NCBI GenBank assembly: GCA_963662545.2
Contig: CAXXLL010000003.1
Span: 480,001 to 544,000, forward strand
Source: Gammaproteobacteria bacterium
Lineage (GTDB): Bacteria; Pseudomonadota; Gammaproteobacteria; Ga0077536
DNA: 64,000 bases
Direction: 5' to 3'
Made by a program: the position numbers and the translations under genes. Within the stretch, counting starts at the first letter, position 1. Every line of letters starts with the position of its first letter. Positions 55,360 to 64,000 of the stretch are shown here, piece after piece. The notes below the pieces were generated by a model. The model worked only from the letters and a program-made list of their open reading frames with translations, had not been told where the DNA came from and did no database searches.

Positions 55360-55569
55360 AGTCAGCCGCTGCGGGATCAAATCCGTGACGCTGCTCTGTC
55401 GCCGCAATAGACCCACCGAGAATACGTCGCCTTGCAGTCTATTGACGGGATATTGCACCGCAATATTTCACTTAAGTTTCCTGCGAGACGACCGCTATCA
55501 AATACTGAATTTCGCTACACCGTTTGAGCCTATATTGGAAGGCCCAGAACACCAACTGCCGCGCGAACG

Positions 55570-56850
55570 ATGATGGAAAACAGTAGGAACAAAAGTCTAA
55601 TAAAGATCCCGGTTAAACAACTTCGGACCGGAATGTTTTTGTACGAAATCTGCGGGTCCTGGATGGACCACCCCTTCATGAATACCCAATTCTTGCTCAA
55701 GGATTCGGCTGATGTTGATAAAATTCGGAACTCTGCGATCGTCGCAGTGTGGATCGATACTGCCCGTGGCGCGGAGGCCAAACTCAACAAGGCCGAGGGC
55801 GAACCCGCTGATGTCTCCAACGTAAGTGAAACTTCGCGGCCGATCGAAGCCCTCGCTAATTCCAGCAGTTTAGAAGCCACGGTTGACCTCAACGAAGAAA
55901 TCGCTCGAGCCGCAACAATTTGCGGGCAGGCGAAAGAGGCTGTAACAAATATGTTCCGCGAGGCCCGGATGGGCAAGGCAGTAGCCGCGGAAGAACTCGA
56001 ACCACTGGTGGCAGAGATCTCCGGCTCGGTCATGCGCAACCCCGGCGCACTAATAAGCCTTGCCCGTCTGAAAGACAAAGATGACTACACCTATTTGCAT
56101 TCGGTCGCTGTATGCGGGTTGATGATCGCCCTCGCGCGGCAGCTCAAATTCGACGAACCGCAAGCGCACGAAGCCGGATTGGCCGGCTTACTGCACGATC
56201 TCGGCAAGGCCGCGATACCGCTGGAGATACTGAACAAGCCGGGAAAGCTCACGGACACCGAATTCGAAAAAATCAAATCCCATCCCGTACGCGGCTACGA
56301 AATGCTGATCGAAGGCGGGAGTGTCGGTGAAATACCGCTCGATGTCTGTCTACGCCACCATGAAAAAACGAGCGGCCGCGGCTACCCGGACGGCCTGGAT
56401 GCCGCTTCCTTGAGCCTCCATGCCAAGATGGGAGCGGTCTGCGACGTCTACGACGCGATCACGTCCGAGCGCCCGTACAAAAACGGCTGGGACCCGGCAA
56501 CGGCAATCCGCAAGATGAACGAATGGCAGGACGGCCATTTCGACGAGCCAGTTTTCCAGGCCTTCGTCAAGACCGTCGGTATTTATCCCGTCGGTTCATT
56601 GGTACGGCTCGATTCGGGCATGCTCGCAGTGGTCAATGAAGTTTCCCATGGCAACCTGCTGGCGCCCATCGTCAAAACATTTTATTGCACGCACCGAAAC
56701 GTACGTCTGCCGCCTGGGGTCATCGATCTCGCCGCATCGGCTCAACGCATTGTTGCATGGGAATCGCCTGCGAATTGGCATTTCCCCGACTTGGAAGAAC
56801 TCTGGAGCGGTATCGATCAACACGCAGCGCGGCAAGCGGGTGCCGCCTGA
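55570..56850 (+). CDS. HD-GYP c-di-GMP phosphodiesterase with N-terminal DUF3391-like domain
   Basis: YTYLHS, HDLGK, HHEK..G.GYP, DVYDAITS.RPY. Confidence 0.9.
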   Translation: MMENSRNKSLIKIPVKQLRTGMFLYEICGSWMDHPFMNTQFLLKDSADVDKIRNSAIVAVWIDTARGAEAKLNKAEGEPADVSNVSETSRPIEALANSSSLEATVDLNEEIARAATICGQAKEAVTNMFREARMGKAVAAEELEPLVAEISGSVMRNPGALISLARLKDKDDYTYLHSVAVCGLMIALARQLKFDEPQAHEAGLAGLLHDLGKAAIPLEILNKPGKLTDTEFEKIKSHPVRGYEMLIEGGSVGEIPLDVCLRHHEKTSGRGYPDGLDAASLSLHAKMGAVCDVYDAITSERPYKNGWDPATAIRKMNEWQDGHFDEPVFQAFVKTVGIYPVGSLVRLDSGMLAVVNEVSHGNLLAPIVKTFYCTHRNVRLPPGVIDLAASAQRIVAWESPANWHFPDLEELWSGIDQHAARQAGAA

Positions 56851-56857
56851 AGTTAGA

Positions 56858-58696
56858 TCAATTCGTCGCGATATTCGTTTCTTCATCGTCGTGATTAGGC
56901 AGAAAACCGCCTGCCTGCATCGCCCACATGTGCGCGTAGTGCCCGCTGCGCTCTAACAGTCCATCGTGGGTGCCATCTTCGATAATGCGGCCCTCGTGAA
57001 AAACAACGATGCGGTCCATGTGCGCCAGGGTCGAGAGACGGTGTGCGATCACCACGACGGTCTTCCCCGCCATTAGGAATTCGAGGCTGCTCTGGATACT
57101 GCGCTCGGTAACGGAATCGAGTGAACTCGTCGCCTCGTCCAGCAACAGGATCTGTGCTTGTTTCAGAATGGCTCTGGCGAGCGTGATGCGCTGTCGTTGT
57201 CCGCCGGACAGCTTGACGCCGCGTTCGCCGACCAGGGATTCGTAACCGTCCTCGGTTTCCATGATGAACTCGTGCGCCTGCGCCTTATGTGCGGCTTCAA
57301 TGACTTCCTCGTCGCTCGCTTCGAGCCGCCCATAGCGGATGTTCTCCATCAAGGTCCGGTGGAACAACATGGGCTCCTGGGGAATCATGGCGATGGCCGC
57401 GCGCAGGCTCTCTTGAGTGACCTGTTGTATGTCCTGGCCGTCGACGAGAATGCTGCCCGACTGCGGTTCGAACAGGCGCAGGATTAAGTTGAGCATCGTA
57501 CTCTTGCCGCTGCCCGAGTATCCCACCAGCCCGACGCGCTCCCCGGCGCGAATGATCAAATTAAAATCCGTGAATACCGGCCGGTTCAACGTATAAGAAA
57601 AATCGACGCTTTCGATCCTGATTTCACCCCTTGAGACGATGAGCGTTGGCGCATCGCGACGATCGACCACCTCGTATGGACGGATGATGACGTTGACACC
57701 GTCGTTGATGTTACCGACGTATTCGAAAAATTCGAGGAACCGCCGGCTTAAGCCTCGCGCCTGCTCGATCAGCATTAATGCCAGGCTTGCGGACATGGCG
57801 AACTCGCCGGTCGTCATGCCTTCGCGTCCCCAGATTGCCAGCGCGTAGCCGATGATCCCGAGCATGAGGATCATCGCCGCGATGAACTGAAACCATCGGA
57901 TCCACTCCATGAACCAGTATGTTTCGCGCGCCCTTTTGACTTCGAGATTCAAATAACCTTCCAGATACGAACGCTCGTAGTCGCGCCGAGCGAACAGCTT
58001 GGCGTTCATGATGTTCGAGACGGAATCTACGATTTTGCCGCTGACCAGGCTGCGCGCGGCGGCATAATCCCGTGCGTAACGCCGGCAGCGTGACGCCAGG
58101 ATGAAAGAGATGATCACGTACGCACCCGTCCATACGGCGAGAACGAGCGCAAGTTTGAGGTTGACGCCGCCTAGCAGAACCAGTGACACACCAAACGAAA
58201 TCGCGAGAGGCCAGAAGTCGAACAGCACCGTCCAGAGCGTATGCGCGACGCTCATCGCCACCTCCGCGATCCGGTTGGCCAGCGATCCGGCGAAATTGCT
58301 CATGAAATAGCGTTGTGAATGTTGCTGCAGGTAGGCAAACAATTCACGACGCACGCGTCGGCGTATTTCCGGCCCGAGTATGACGAGAATCGCCCCGCTG
58401 GCGCGGGCGAATAAAACGACGCCGAGATTGAGACCTGCGAACAGCCAGAAAGGACTAGCCACCACGTCCCATACGGGTGCAAGCTCAGCCTGGGCCTGGA
58501 CCACCGCATCCATGATCTGCTTGATGGCGTAGGGCAGGAGGATGGAACACGCGGCCTGCCCTGCTTCCAGCCCGATCATGGTGTACACGAACAAGGCATA
58601 CACCCGTGCGTAGCGCATGCAGAACCGCGCCGGCGTGGTTGGAAGATCCGGCGCTCCGTTGTTGGTGGGAAAACCGCTTTCCGCGACCTCGCTCAT
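56858..58696 (-). CDS. ABC transporter, fused permease/ATPase (exporter type)
   Basis: TM domain, GYSGSGKS, LSGGQRQR, LLLDEATS. Confidence 0.92.
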   Translation of the reverse strand: MSEVAESGFPTNNGAPDLPTTPARFCMRYARVYALFVYTMIGLEAGQAACSILLPYAIKQIMDAVVQAQAELAPVWDVVASPFWLFAGLNLGVVLFARASGAILVILGPEIRRRVRRELFAYLQQHSQRYFMSNFAGSLANRIAEVAMSVAHTLWTVLFDFWPLAISFGVSLVLLGGVNLKLALVLAVWTGAYVIISFILASRCRRYARDYAAARSLVSGKIVDSVSNIMNAKLFARRDYERSYLEGYLNLEVKRARETYWFMEWIRWFQFIAAMILMLGIIGYALAIWGREGMTTGEFAMSASLALMLIEQARGLSRRFLEFFEYVGNINDGVNVIIRPYEVVDRRDAPTLIVSRGEIRIESVDFSYTLNRPVFTDFNLIIRAGERVGLVGYSGSGKSTMLNLILRLFEPQSGSILVDGQDIQQVTQESLRAAIAMIPQEPMLFHRTLMENIRYGRLEASDEEVIEAAHKAQAHEFIMETEDGYESLVGERGVKLSGGQRQRITLARAILKQAQILLLDEATSSLDSVTERSIQSSLEFLMAGKTVVVIAHRLSTLAHMDRIVVFHEGRIIEDGTHDGLLERSGHYAHMWAMQAGGFLPNHDDEETNIATN

Positions 58697-58703
58697 GACT
58701 TAG

Positions 58704-58865
58704 AGAACCTCTGAATAAGTCATGGTGCGTCTGAATGGTTCATGCCATCGTGCAGATCAAGGCACGAAGCGCAGGCCATAGCGGGGATTAGGGCTAAGGT
58801 TCGCAACGTAAGGCTCCGCGATTTCATGGGCAAGGCAGATGGGCCATGATTTATTCAGAGGTTTC
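58704..58865. mobile_element. MITE family A copy 4 (162 bp)
   Basis: Same TIRs with a TTAG/TTAG duplication; fills the gap between the SDR stop and the ABC start. Confidence 0.87.
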
Positions 58866-59612
58866 TTAGCGTCCGCCGGATATGTCGACGAAGGCGCCGG
58901 TCGTATACGACGCCTCGTCCGAAAGCAGCCAGAGGATGACGCGCGCGACCTCTTCGGGGCTGCCGGCGCGCTTCATCGGGACCATTGACGAGAATTTTTC
59001 GACGCGGTCGGGTGCACCGGCCGATGCATGTATATCCGTGTCGACAATGCCCGGCCGTACCGAATTCACGCGGATTCCCTGCGCACCATACTCCTTGGCC
59101 AGCCCCAAGGTCATGGCGTCAATCGCGGCCTTCGATGCCGCATAGTCCACGAATTCGTTGGGGGAGCCGATTCGCGCCGCTGCCGAGGAGACGTTGACGA
59201 TCGCGCCGCCCGCCCCGCCGGACGTCGTAGACAAGCGCTTGACCGTATCACGCGCGCACAAAAACGCGCCGTAAATGTTGATATCGAACGTGCGTTTGAG
59301 ACGCTCGGAATCGTACCCGGAAAATGGTCCGATGCGCCCCACTACACCGGCATTGTTGACGAGCGCGGTCAAGTTCGCATCGAACGCATCCAGTTGGTCG
59401 AACATCCTCAGAACGTGCTCTTCGTTGGATACATCGCCAGGGAGCAGCAGCGCGCGACCGTCGGCCATCTCGATTTGATCGCAGATTCCGCGTGCCGCGG
59501 CTTCGTCGCGAACGAAATTGACGCCCACTGCGTATCCGCGTGCTGCAGCCAGTCTGGCCGTAGCGGCACCGATGCCACGGCTCGCACCCGTAATCAAGAT
59601 TAGCGGATCCAC
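58866..59612 (-). CDS. Short-chain dehydrogenase/reductase
   Basis: TGASRGIG, NNAG, YAASK. Confidence 0.9.
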   Translation of the reverse strand: MDPLILITGASRGIGAATARLAAARGYAVGVNFVRDEAAARGICDQIEMADGRALLLPGDVSNEEHVLRMFDQLDAFDANLTALVNNAGVVGRIGPFSGYDSERLKRTFDINIYGAFLCARDTVKRLSTTSGGAGGAIVNVSSAAARIGSPNEFVDYAASKAAIDAMTLGLAKEYGAQGIRVNSVRPGIVDTDIHASAGAPDRVEKFSSMVPMKRAGSPEEVARVILWLLSDEASYTTGAFVDISGGR

Positions 59613-59630
59613 TGCTCCGATATTCTCGGG

Positions 59631-60758
59631 TCAAGGCCCGCCAAAACTTACCCGGTAAACCGCGCCCGCATGATCGTCAGAAATCAGCATGGACCCATCC
59701 GCCATGACTTCAAAGTCGACCGGCCTGCCCCAATGAGCCTGCCCTTTGAGCCAACCCGTTATGAACGGTTCATAATCGATTACGCGACCCGCTTTCGATA
59801 TTCGCGCCACCATGACTCGATACCCCGCCTTGCGGGACCGGTTCCAGGAACCGTGCTCGGCGACGAACAACGCGTAGCGATAGGCCGAAGGAAATTGATG
59901 GCCATCGTAGAAATTGATTCCGAGCGGCGTGACATGAGCGCCCAGCGCCTTTGCCGGCGGCGTGAAATCTCGAGCTTCACGACCGCTGCCAAAGTCCGGA
60001 TCGGCGATGTCACCGGCATGAAAATAGGGAAATCCGAAATGTAGCCCGGCATGGGGCGCTCGATTGAGCTCACAAGGCGGCAAATCGTCTCCCATCATAT
60101 CGGCGCCGTTGTCACTAAACCAAAGTTCCAAGCTCACGGGATGCCAGTCGAAACCCACGCTGTTGCGGATCCCCGACGCGTACACTTCAACCTCCGTCCC
60201 ATCCGGAAGCATGCGTAATATCGTCCCGAACGGCGGCGTTACGGTGCAAATATTGCACGGCGATCCGACGGGAACGTAGAGCCTGCCGTCGGGCCCGAAT
60301 GCAATGAATTTCCATCCATGATGACTTTCCGTCGGCAGTTCATCGTAAACCACGACCGGTGACGGCGGATGCTCGAGCTGATCCTCGATATTGTCGAAAC
60401 GCAGGATGCGATGCACTTCGGCGACGAAGAGGCTGCCGTCTCGAAACGCGATTCCAGAAGGCATGTAAAGATCCTTGGCGATGATATGGACTTCATCGGC
60501 GACAAAATCACCGTTCCGGTCGACTACGGCATAAACTACGCCCCTACTGCGGGTTCCCACGAAGAGGATGCCGGACGGACTCAACGCCATTTGACGTGCA
60601 TTGGGGACTTCGGAGGTAAATACCGCTATCGAAAACCCCGGGGCCAACTCGAGATCCGAAACGGTAAACGCCTGGACAGAGAATGTCGCGGCGCCGAAAA
60701 GGACTGCGCGCCCGGCGCGAACCAGGTTCTCCCGAATGGAGAATTCCGCCTTGCTCAT
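59631..60758 (-). CDS. Glucose/sorbosone dehydrogenase family beta-propeller protein
   Basis: HHGWK.IAFGPDG, G.PCNIC, GIRNSVG.DW, EHGSWNR, GRPVD. Confidence 0.85.
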   Translation of the reverse strand: MSKAEFSIRENLVRAGRAVLFGAATFSVQAFTVSDLELAPGFSIAVFTSEVPNARQMALSPSGILFVGTRSRGVVYAVVDRNGDFVADEVHIIAKDLYMPSGIAFRDGSLFVAEVHRILRFDNIEDQLEHPPSPVVVYDELPTESHHGWKFIAFGPDGRLYVPVGSPCNICTVTPPFGTILRMLPDGTEVEVYASGIRNSVGFDWHPVSLELWFSDNGADMMGDDLPPCELNRAPHAGLHFGFPYFHAGDIADPDFGSGREARDFTPPAKALGAHVTPLGINFYDGHQFPSAYRYALFVAEHGSWNRSRKAGYRVMVARISKAGRVIDYEPFITGWLKGQAHWGRPVDFEVMADGSMLISDDHAGAVYRVSFGGP

Positions 60759-60776
60759 AGGCATCGAGCAGGCGGG

Positions 60777-62072
60777 TCAGATTTCCTGAGACATTTTCTC
60801 GGTGGTCACGGAAAGCCGGTGTATCAGCGTTCTCAGAAAGACTTTGAGAAAGCGCACCTGGCAGTTGAGTGACACCTGGCTGATCACCGTCGAGTTTACC
60901 TTGAGCAGCGACGTCGCCCCGGTTGCGGCGATCGTCGCGCTGCGCTTGGTCTTCGCCAGGTAGCCCATTTCACCGAAGCAGTCGCCGGCCATCAGGGCCC
61001 GGAGATCCTTGCCCCCTTTTTGAACCCAGACCTGGCCCTTCACGATGATATAAAAGGAATCGTCGAGTTCCCCTTCGACGATGATCTCGTCTCTATCGCG
61101 ATAGTCCTGCCATTTTCCAGCGCGAACGATTTCCCAGATTTCCGCATCCGGAAAACCCTCGAAGAAATCGAGTTGCTTGACCGCCTGGAACTGCTCCTGC
61201 TCCGAAATGTTCTCCTCCGGTCGCTCGAGCAGCGCATCGAAAGCAATGCTCAGTTCCGACGCCAATTCCATCCCCATCTGGTAGCGATCGTCGCGGTTCT
61301 TCGCCAGTGCTTTGTTGAGAATCTTGACGAGCGAATTCGGGATGTCGGTTCGGAACTGCTGCACGGCCGGCGGATCTTCGTTGAGGATCCTCTGCACCAG
61401 TCTCGAAAAGGTCTCCGCAGCAAACGGATGTTTTCCAGCCAGCAATTCATACATGACGATGCCGAGAGAAAAAAGGTCGGTCTGGCTGGTGATGTAATCC
61501 TCACTAACCTGCTCCGGCGACATATAGCGGGGCGAACCGACGAGTCCCATCGGCATGGTGTCGGTCGAATCCATCTTGCTCAGGTGAGCGATGCTGAAAT
61601 CGCCAATCTTGACGTCCCCATCCTTCGTCACGAGGATGTTCGTGGGCTTGATGTCGCGATGGATGACACCCTGCTTGTGCGCATAATCGAGCGCTTTCGC
61701 GCACTTGAATATCGTCTCCACCACTTTTTCGATCGGCAGCAGATTGTCCTGGCGGCAGAATTTCTTCAGCGTCTCACCACCTTCGACCAGTTCCATCACG
61801 ATGTAGCAGGTATCACCGTCGACGCCTGCGTCGTAAATTCCAATGATGTTGGGATGCGTGAGACGCCCAGCCGTATGCGCTTCATTGAAGAACATCTTGC
61901 GAAACCGATCGCCGCCTTCTTCATCATTGAGCTGCTCGGGGTGCGCAACCTTAATCGCGACATTACGGTCGATATACGGGTCGTGGCCGAGGTAGACAGT
62001 CCCCATGCTGCCGCGGTCAATTTCGGAAATGACGTTATATTTTCCCAGATTTTCGGGAACTTCTGCGCTCAT
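60777..62072 (-). CDS. Ser/Thr protein kinase with C-terminal cNMP-binding domain (paralog of 23861-25165)
   Basis: RGSMGTV, VAIK, HRDIKPTN, DFS, YMSPEQ; GDCFGEM..RSAT. Start at MSAEVPE. Confidence 0.9.
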   Translation of the reverse strand: MSAEVPENLGKYNVISEIDRGSMGTVYLGHDPYIDRNVAIKVAHPEQLNDEEGGDRFRKMFFNEAHTAGRLTHPNIIGIYDAGVDGDTCYIVMELVEGGETLKKFCRQDNLLPIEKVVETIFKCAKALDYAHKQGVIHRDIKPTNILVTKDGDVKIGDFSIAHLSKMDSTDTMPMGLVGSPRYMSPEQVSEDYITSQTDLFSLGIVMYELLAGKHPFAAETFSRLVQRILNEDPPAVQQFRTDIPNSLVKILNKALAKNRDDRYQMGMELASELSIAFDALLERPEENISEQEQFQAVKQLDFFEGFPDAEIWEIVRAGKWQDYRDRDEIIVEGELDDSFYIIVKGQVWVQKGGKDLRALMAGDCFGEMGYLAKTKRSATIAATGATSLLKVNSTVISQVSLNCQVRFLKVFLRTLIHRLSVTTEKMSQEI

Positions 62073-62409
62073 TTGATATTCTTTTCGCTTCGGTCGAAGG
62101 CCAAGCGCTCGCGGCAGGGTTTGCAATCGGGTTGTACCCGTAGCGGTTCTATTCCGCAGCAGCCAGCAGTGTAATTCATAACAGCGACCCAAGATACCAC
62201 AGACACACCCGGCGCCCCATGAAAAAAGATGAACAATGCGGCCCGGTTCTCGCATCTTGAACCGGGACACTTTGGTGCCGGTTGATCGAAAAACAGACGC
62301 GGTTCGCCGCGGCGATACCGCGGCGCGCTAAGATAGGCATCGAACGGCGATGACGGCGCGTCCGCACCAAAATGGTCATACCGCCGTAGAAATCTGAGAT
62401 AGGTTCTAG

Positions 62410-62635
62410 CAGCCTGTCAGACTTAGGAAATCGTAGCGAGGCGGGTGGGAGAGCGGTCTGAGAGGTGTCATGGTTTGATGCGAATAGTGGTGCTATTTAA
62501 AGAAAAATTCGTCAGGAACGAATTTTCGCGTAGCCCCGTAGGGGTGAAGCGCAGGGACGCGCTGAACAAAACCATGGCGCCTCTCAGACCGCTATCCCAA
62601 CGCCCAAGTCAATTCTTCCTAAGTCCGAAAGGCTG
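62410..62635. mobile_element. MITE family B copy 2 (inverted, 226 bp, with a ~65-bp internal insert)
   Basis: CAGCCTGTCAGACTTAGG...CCTAAGTCCGAAAGGCTG flanked by CTAG/CTAG. Abuts a solo family C end (62395-62407). Confidence 0.85.
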
Positions 62636-62641
62636 CTAGAC

Positions 62642-64000
62642 ATGAATGATAAAGTCCGCTCCGTCAGGAACGATCTGCGAAAGCGGGCAGAACCCCCGGC
62701 ACGATTGACAGATCTGTTCGAGCGTGAACCTGGCCGCGCCAGCAGAATGACCTTGAGCGCGGCCGGCTTGTCGATCGACTTCTCGAAGAACCTTCTCGAC
62801 CAGGAAACGTTGGAGAGACTCGCCGACCTGGCGAGTGCAGCCGGCTTGAACGAAGCCATCCGGACGATGTTCGACGGTGGGACCATCAACCGCACCGAAG
62901 GACGCGCCGTGCTTCATACCGCGCTTCGGGCTGGACCGGATTGTGCAGCGTCGATTGCGGGCGAAAGGGTTGCACCGGAGATCGAGTCGGTCCTCACGAA
63001 AATGCGCGAATTTGTCGACGCCGTACGCGGCGGACGCTGGACGGGTTACAGCGGAGAACATATTACCGATGTCGTGAATATCGGCATCGGCGGCTCACAT
63101 CTCGGGCCCCAGCTCGCCTGCGAAGCATTACGCTACAACAGCTCCGCGGTTCCGCGTCCGCATTTCCTGGCCAATGTCGACGGCGGAGAATTCGACCGCA
63201 TCGTGCCGCCGCTGGATCCCGAATCGACCCTGTTCATCGTTGCGTCGAAATCGTTCACCACCGTCGAAACGCGTTTGAATGCAACTTCCGCACGGGCCTG
63301 GCTCGCCGAACGATTTCCGCAAAAAGGGGCCGTGGCCCGACACTTCGTCGCCGTGAGCGCAAACCCGGAACGCGCGATAGAATTCGGAATCGACGCCGGC
63401 AACGTATTCCCGATGTGGGATTGGGTCGGCGGACGATACTCGATGTGGTCGGCGATCGGCTTGCCCATTGCGCTGACCGTGGGGATGGATGATTTCCAGG
63501 CGATGCTCGCCGGCGCCGCCGATATGGACCGGCATTTCCTGCAATCACCGTTCGCGGAGAACCTGCCGGTCACGCTCGGGCTGATCGGGATCTGGAACAA
63601 CAATTTCCTCGGCGCGGAATCATACGCCGTGGTGCCGTACGACGATCGATTGAGACACCTGCCGGACTACCTGCAGCAGCTCGAGATGGAAAGCAACGGC
63701 AAGCGCGTGACGCTATCCAATGAGGTGGTCGAAACCGGTACTGCTCCCGTCACTTGGGGCGGACTGGGGACCAACGCGCAGCACGCTTTCTTTCAACTGC
63801 TGCATCAGGGAACGCGTTTCGTGCCGCTGGATTTCATCATCACCATGACGCACCCTTCCAAGCGTCTCCAACACCAAGACATGTTGGTAGCCCATTGCTT
63901 CGCTCAGGCGGCGGGGCTCATGACCGGCGCCTTGGCAGTCTCTTCAGAGGAGCCCGCGCCGCAGGGGATTGACCAGTCTCTGCACAAATCGATCCCCGGG
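62642..64000 (+). CDS. pgi: Glucose-6-phosphate isomerase (3' truncated by window)
   Basis: Absent from the ORF track. Manual translation gives DFSKN, INRTEGRAVLHTALR, VVNIGIGGS.LGP, ASKSFTT.ET, WDWVGGRYSMWSAIG, LQQLEMESNGK, GTN.QH.FFQLLHQG. Confidence 0.96.
   Translation, partial: MNDKVRSVRNDLRKRAEPPARLTDLFEREPGRASRMTLSAAGLSIDFSKNLLDQETLERLADLASAAGLNEAIRTMFDGGTINRTEGRAVLHTALRAGPDCAASIAGERVAPEIESVLTKMREFVDAVRGGRWTGYSGEHITDVVNIGIGGSHLGPQLACEALRYNSSAVPRPHFLANVDGGEFDRIVPPLDPESTLFIVASKSFTTVETRLNATSARAWLAERFPQKGAVARHFVAVSANPERAIEFGIDAGNVFPMWDWVGGRYSMWSAIGLPIALTVGMDDFQAMLAGAADMDRHFLQSPFAENLPVTLGLIGIWNNNFLGAESYAVVPYDDRLRHLPDYLQQLEMESNGKRVTLSNEVVETGTAPVTWGGLGTNAQHAFFQLLHQGTRFVPLDFIITMTHPSKRLQHQDMLVAHCFAQAAGLMTGALAVSSEEPAPQGIDQSLHKSIPG

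Noticed and set aside
14742-58865. Recurrent ~160-bp repeats considered as a CRISPR array or attC cassette array
   Set aside because: They are dispersed, have TIRs and target duplications, lack repeat-spacer periodicity, and no cas or integrase gene is present.

Overview
GC-rich chromosomal window, probably from a gammaproteobacterium (E. coli-type CTGT-N8-ACAG SOS boxes, glnS, DUF1631-like protein). All calls come from reading motifs by eye; no database search was run. Contents in order: (1) 1-4571, a minus-strand operon with two N,N-dimethylformamidase (DMFase)-like large subunits and two, probably three, small-subunit paralogs. (2) 4799-19067, a ~14 kb bacterial sphingolipid (ceramide) locus: Spt, ACP, CerR-like reductase, fatty acyl-AMP ligase, bCerS-like GNAT, head-group enzymes, its own LptA/LptF/LptG paralogs and an LpxO-like hydroxylase. 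The spt gene is frameshifted in this sequence. (3) lexA-imuA-imuB with no dnaE2, then dgkA. (4) Cyclic-nucleotide signalling genes: two Ser/Thr kinase-cNMP fusions, a PilZ-DUF1631-degenerate GGDEF/EAL protein, a GAF-GAF-PAS adenylate cyclase and an HD-GYP protein. (5) glnS and tRNA-Arg(CCT). (6) Amine/amide catabolic genes and an sxtIJK-like carbamoyltransferase trio. (7) An ISNCY-like IS inserted at a GST start codon. (8) pgi, truncated by the window end. Intergenic DNA is dense in non-autonomous IS-derived miniature elements from several terminal-repeat families. They share a central hairpin, mostly sit at stop codons, and stack or nest with one another.
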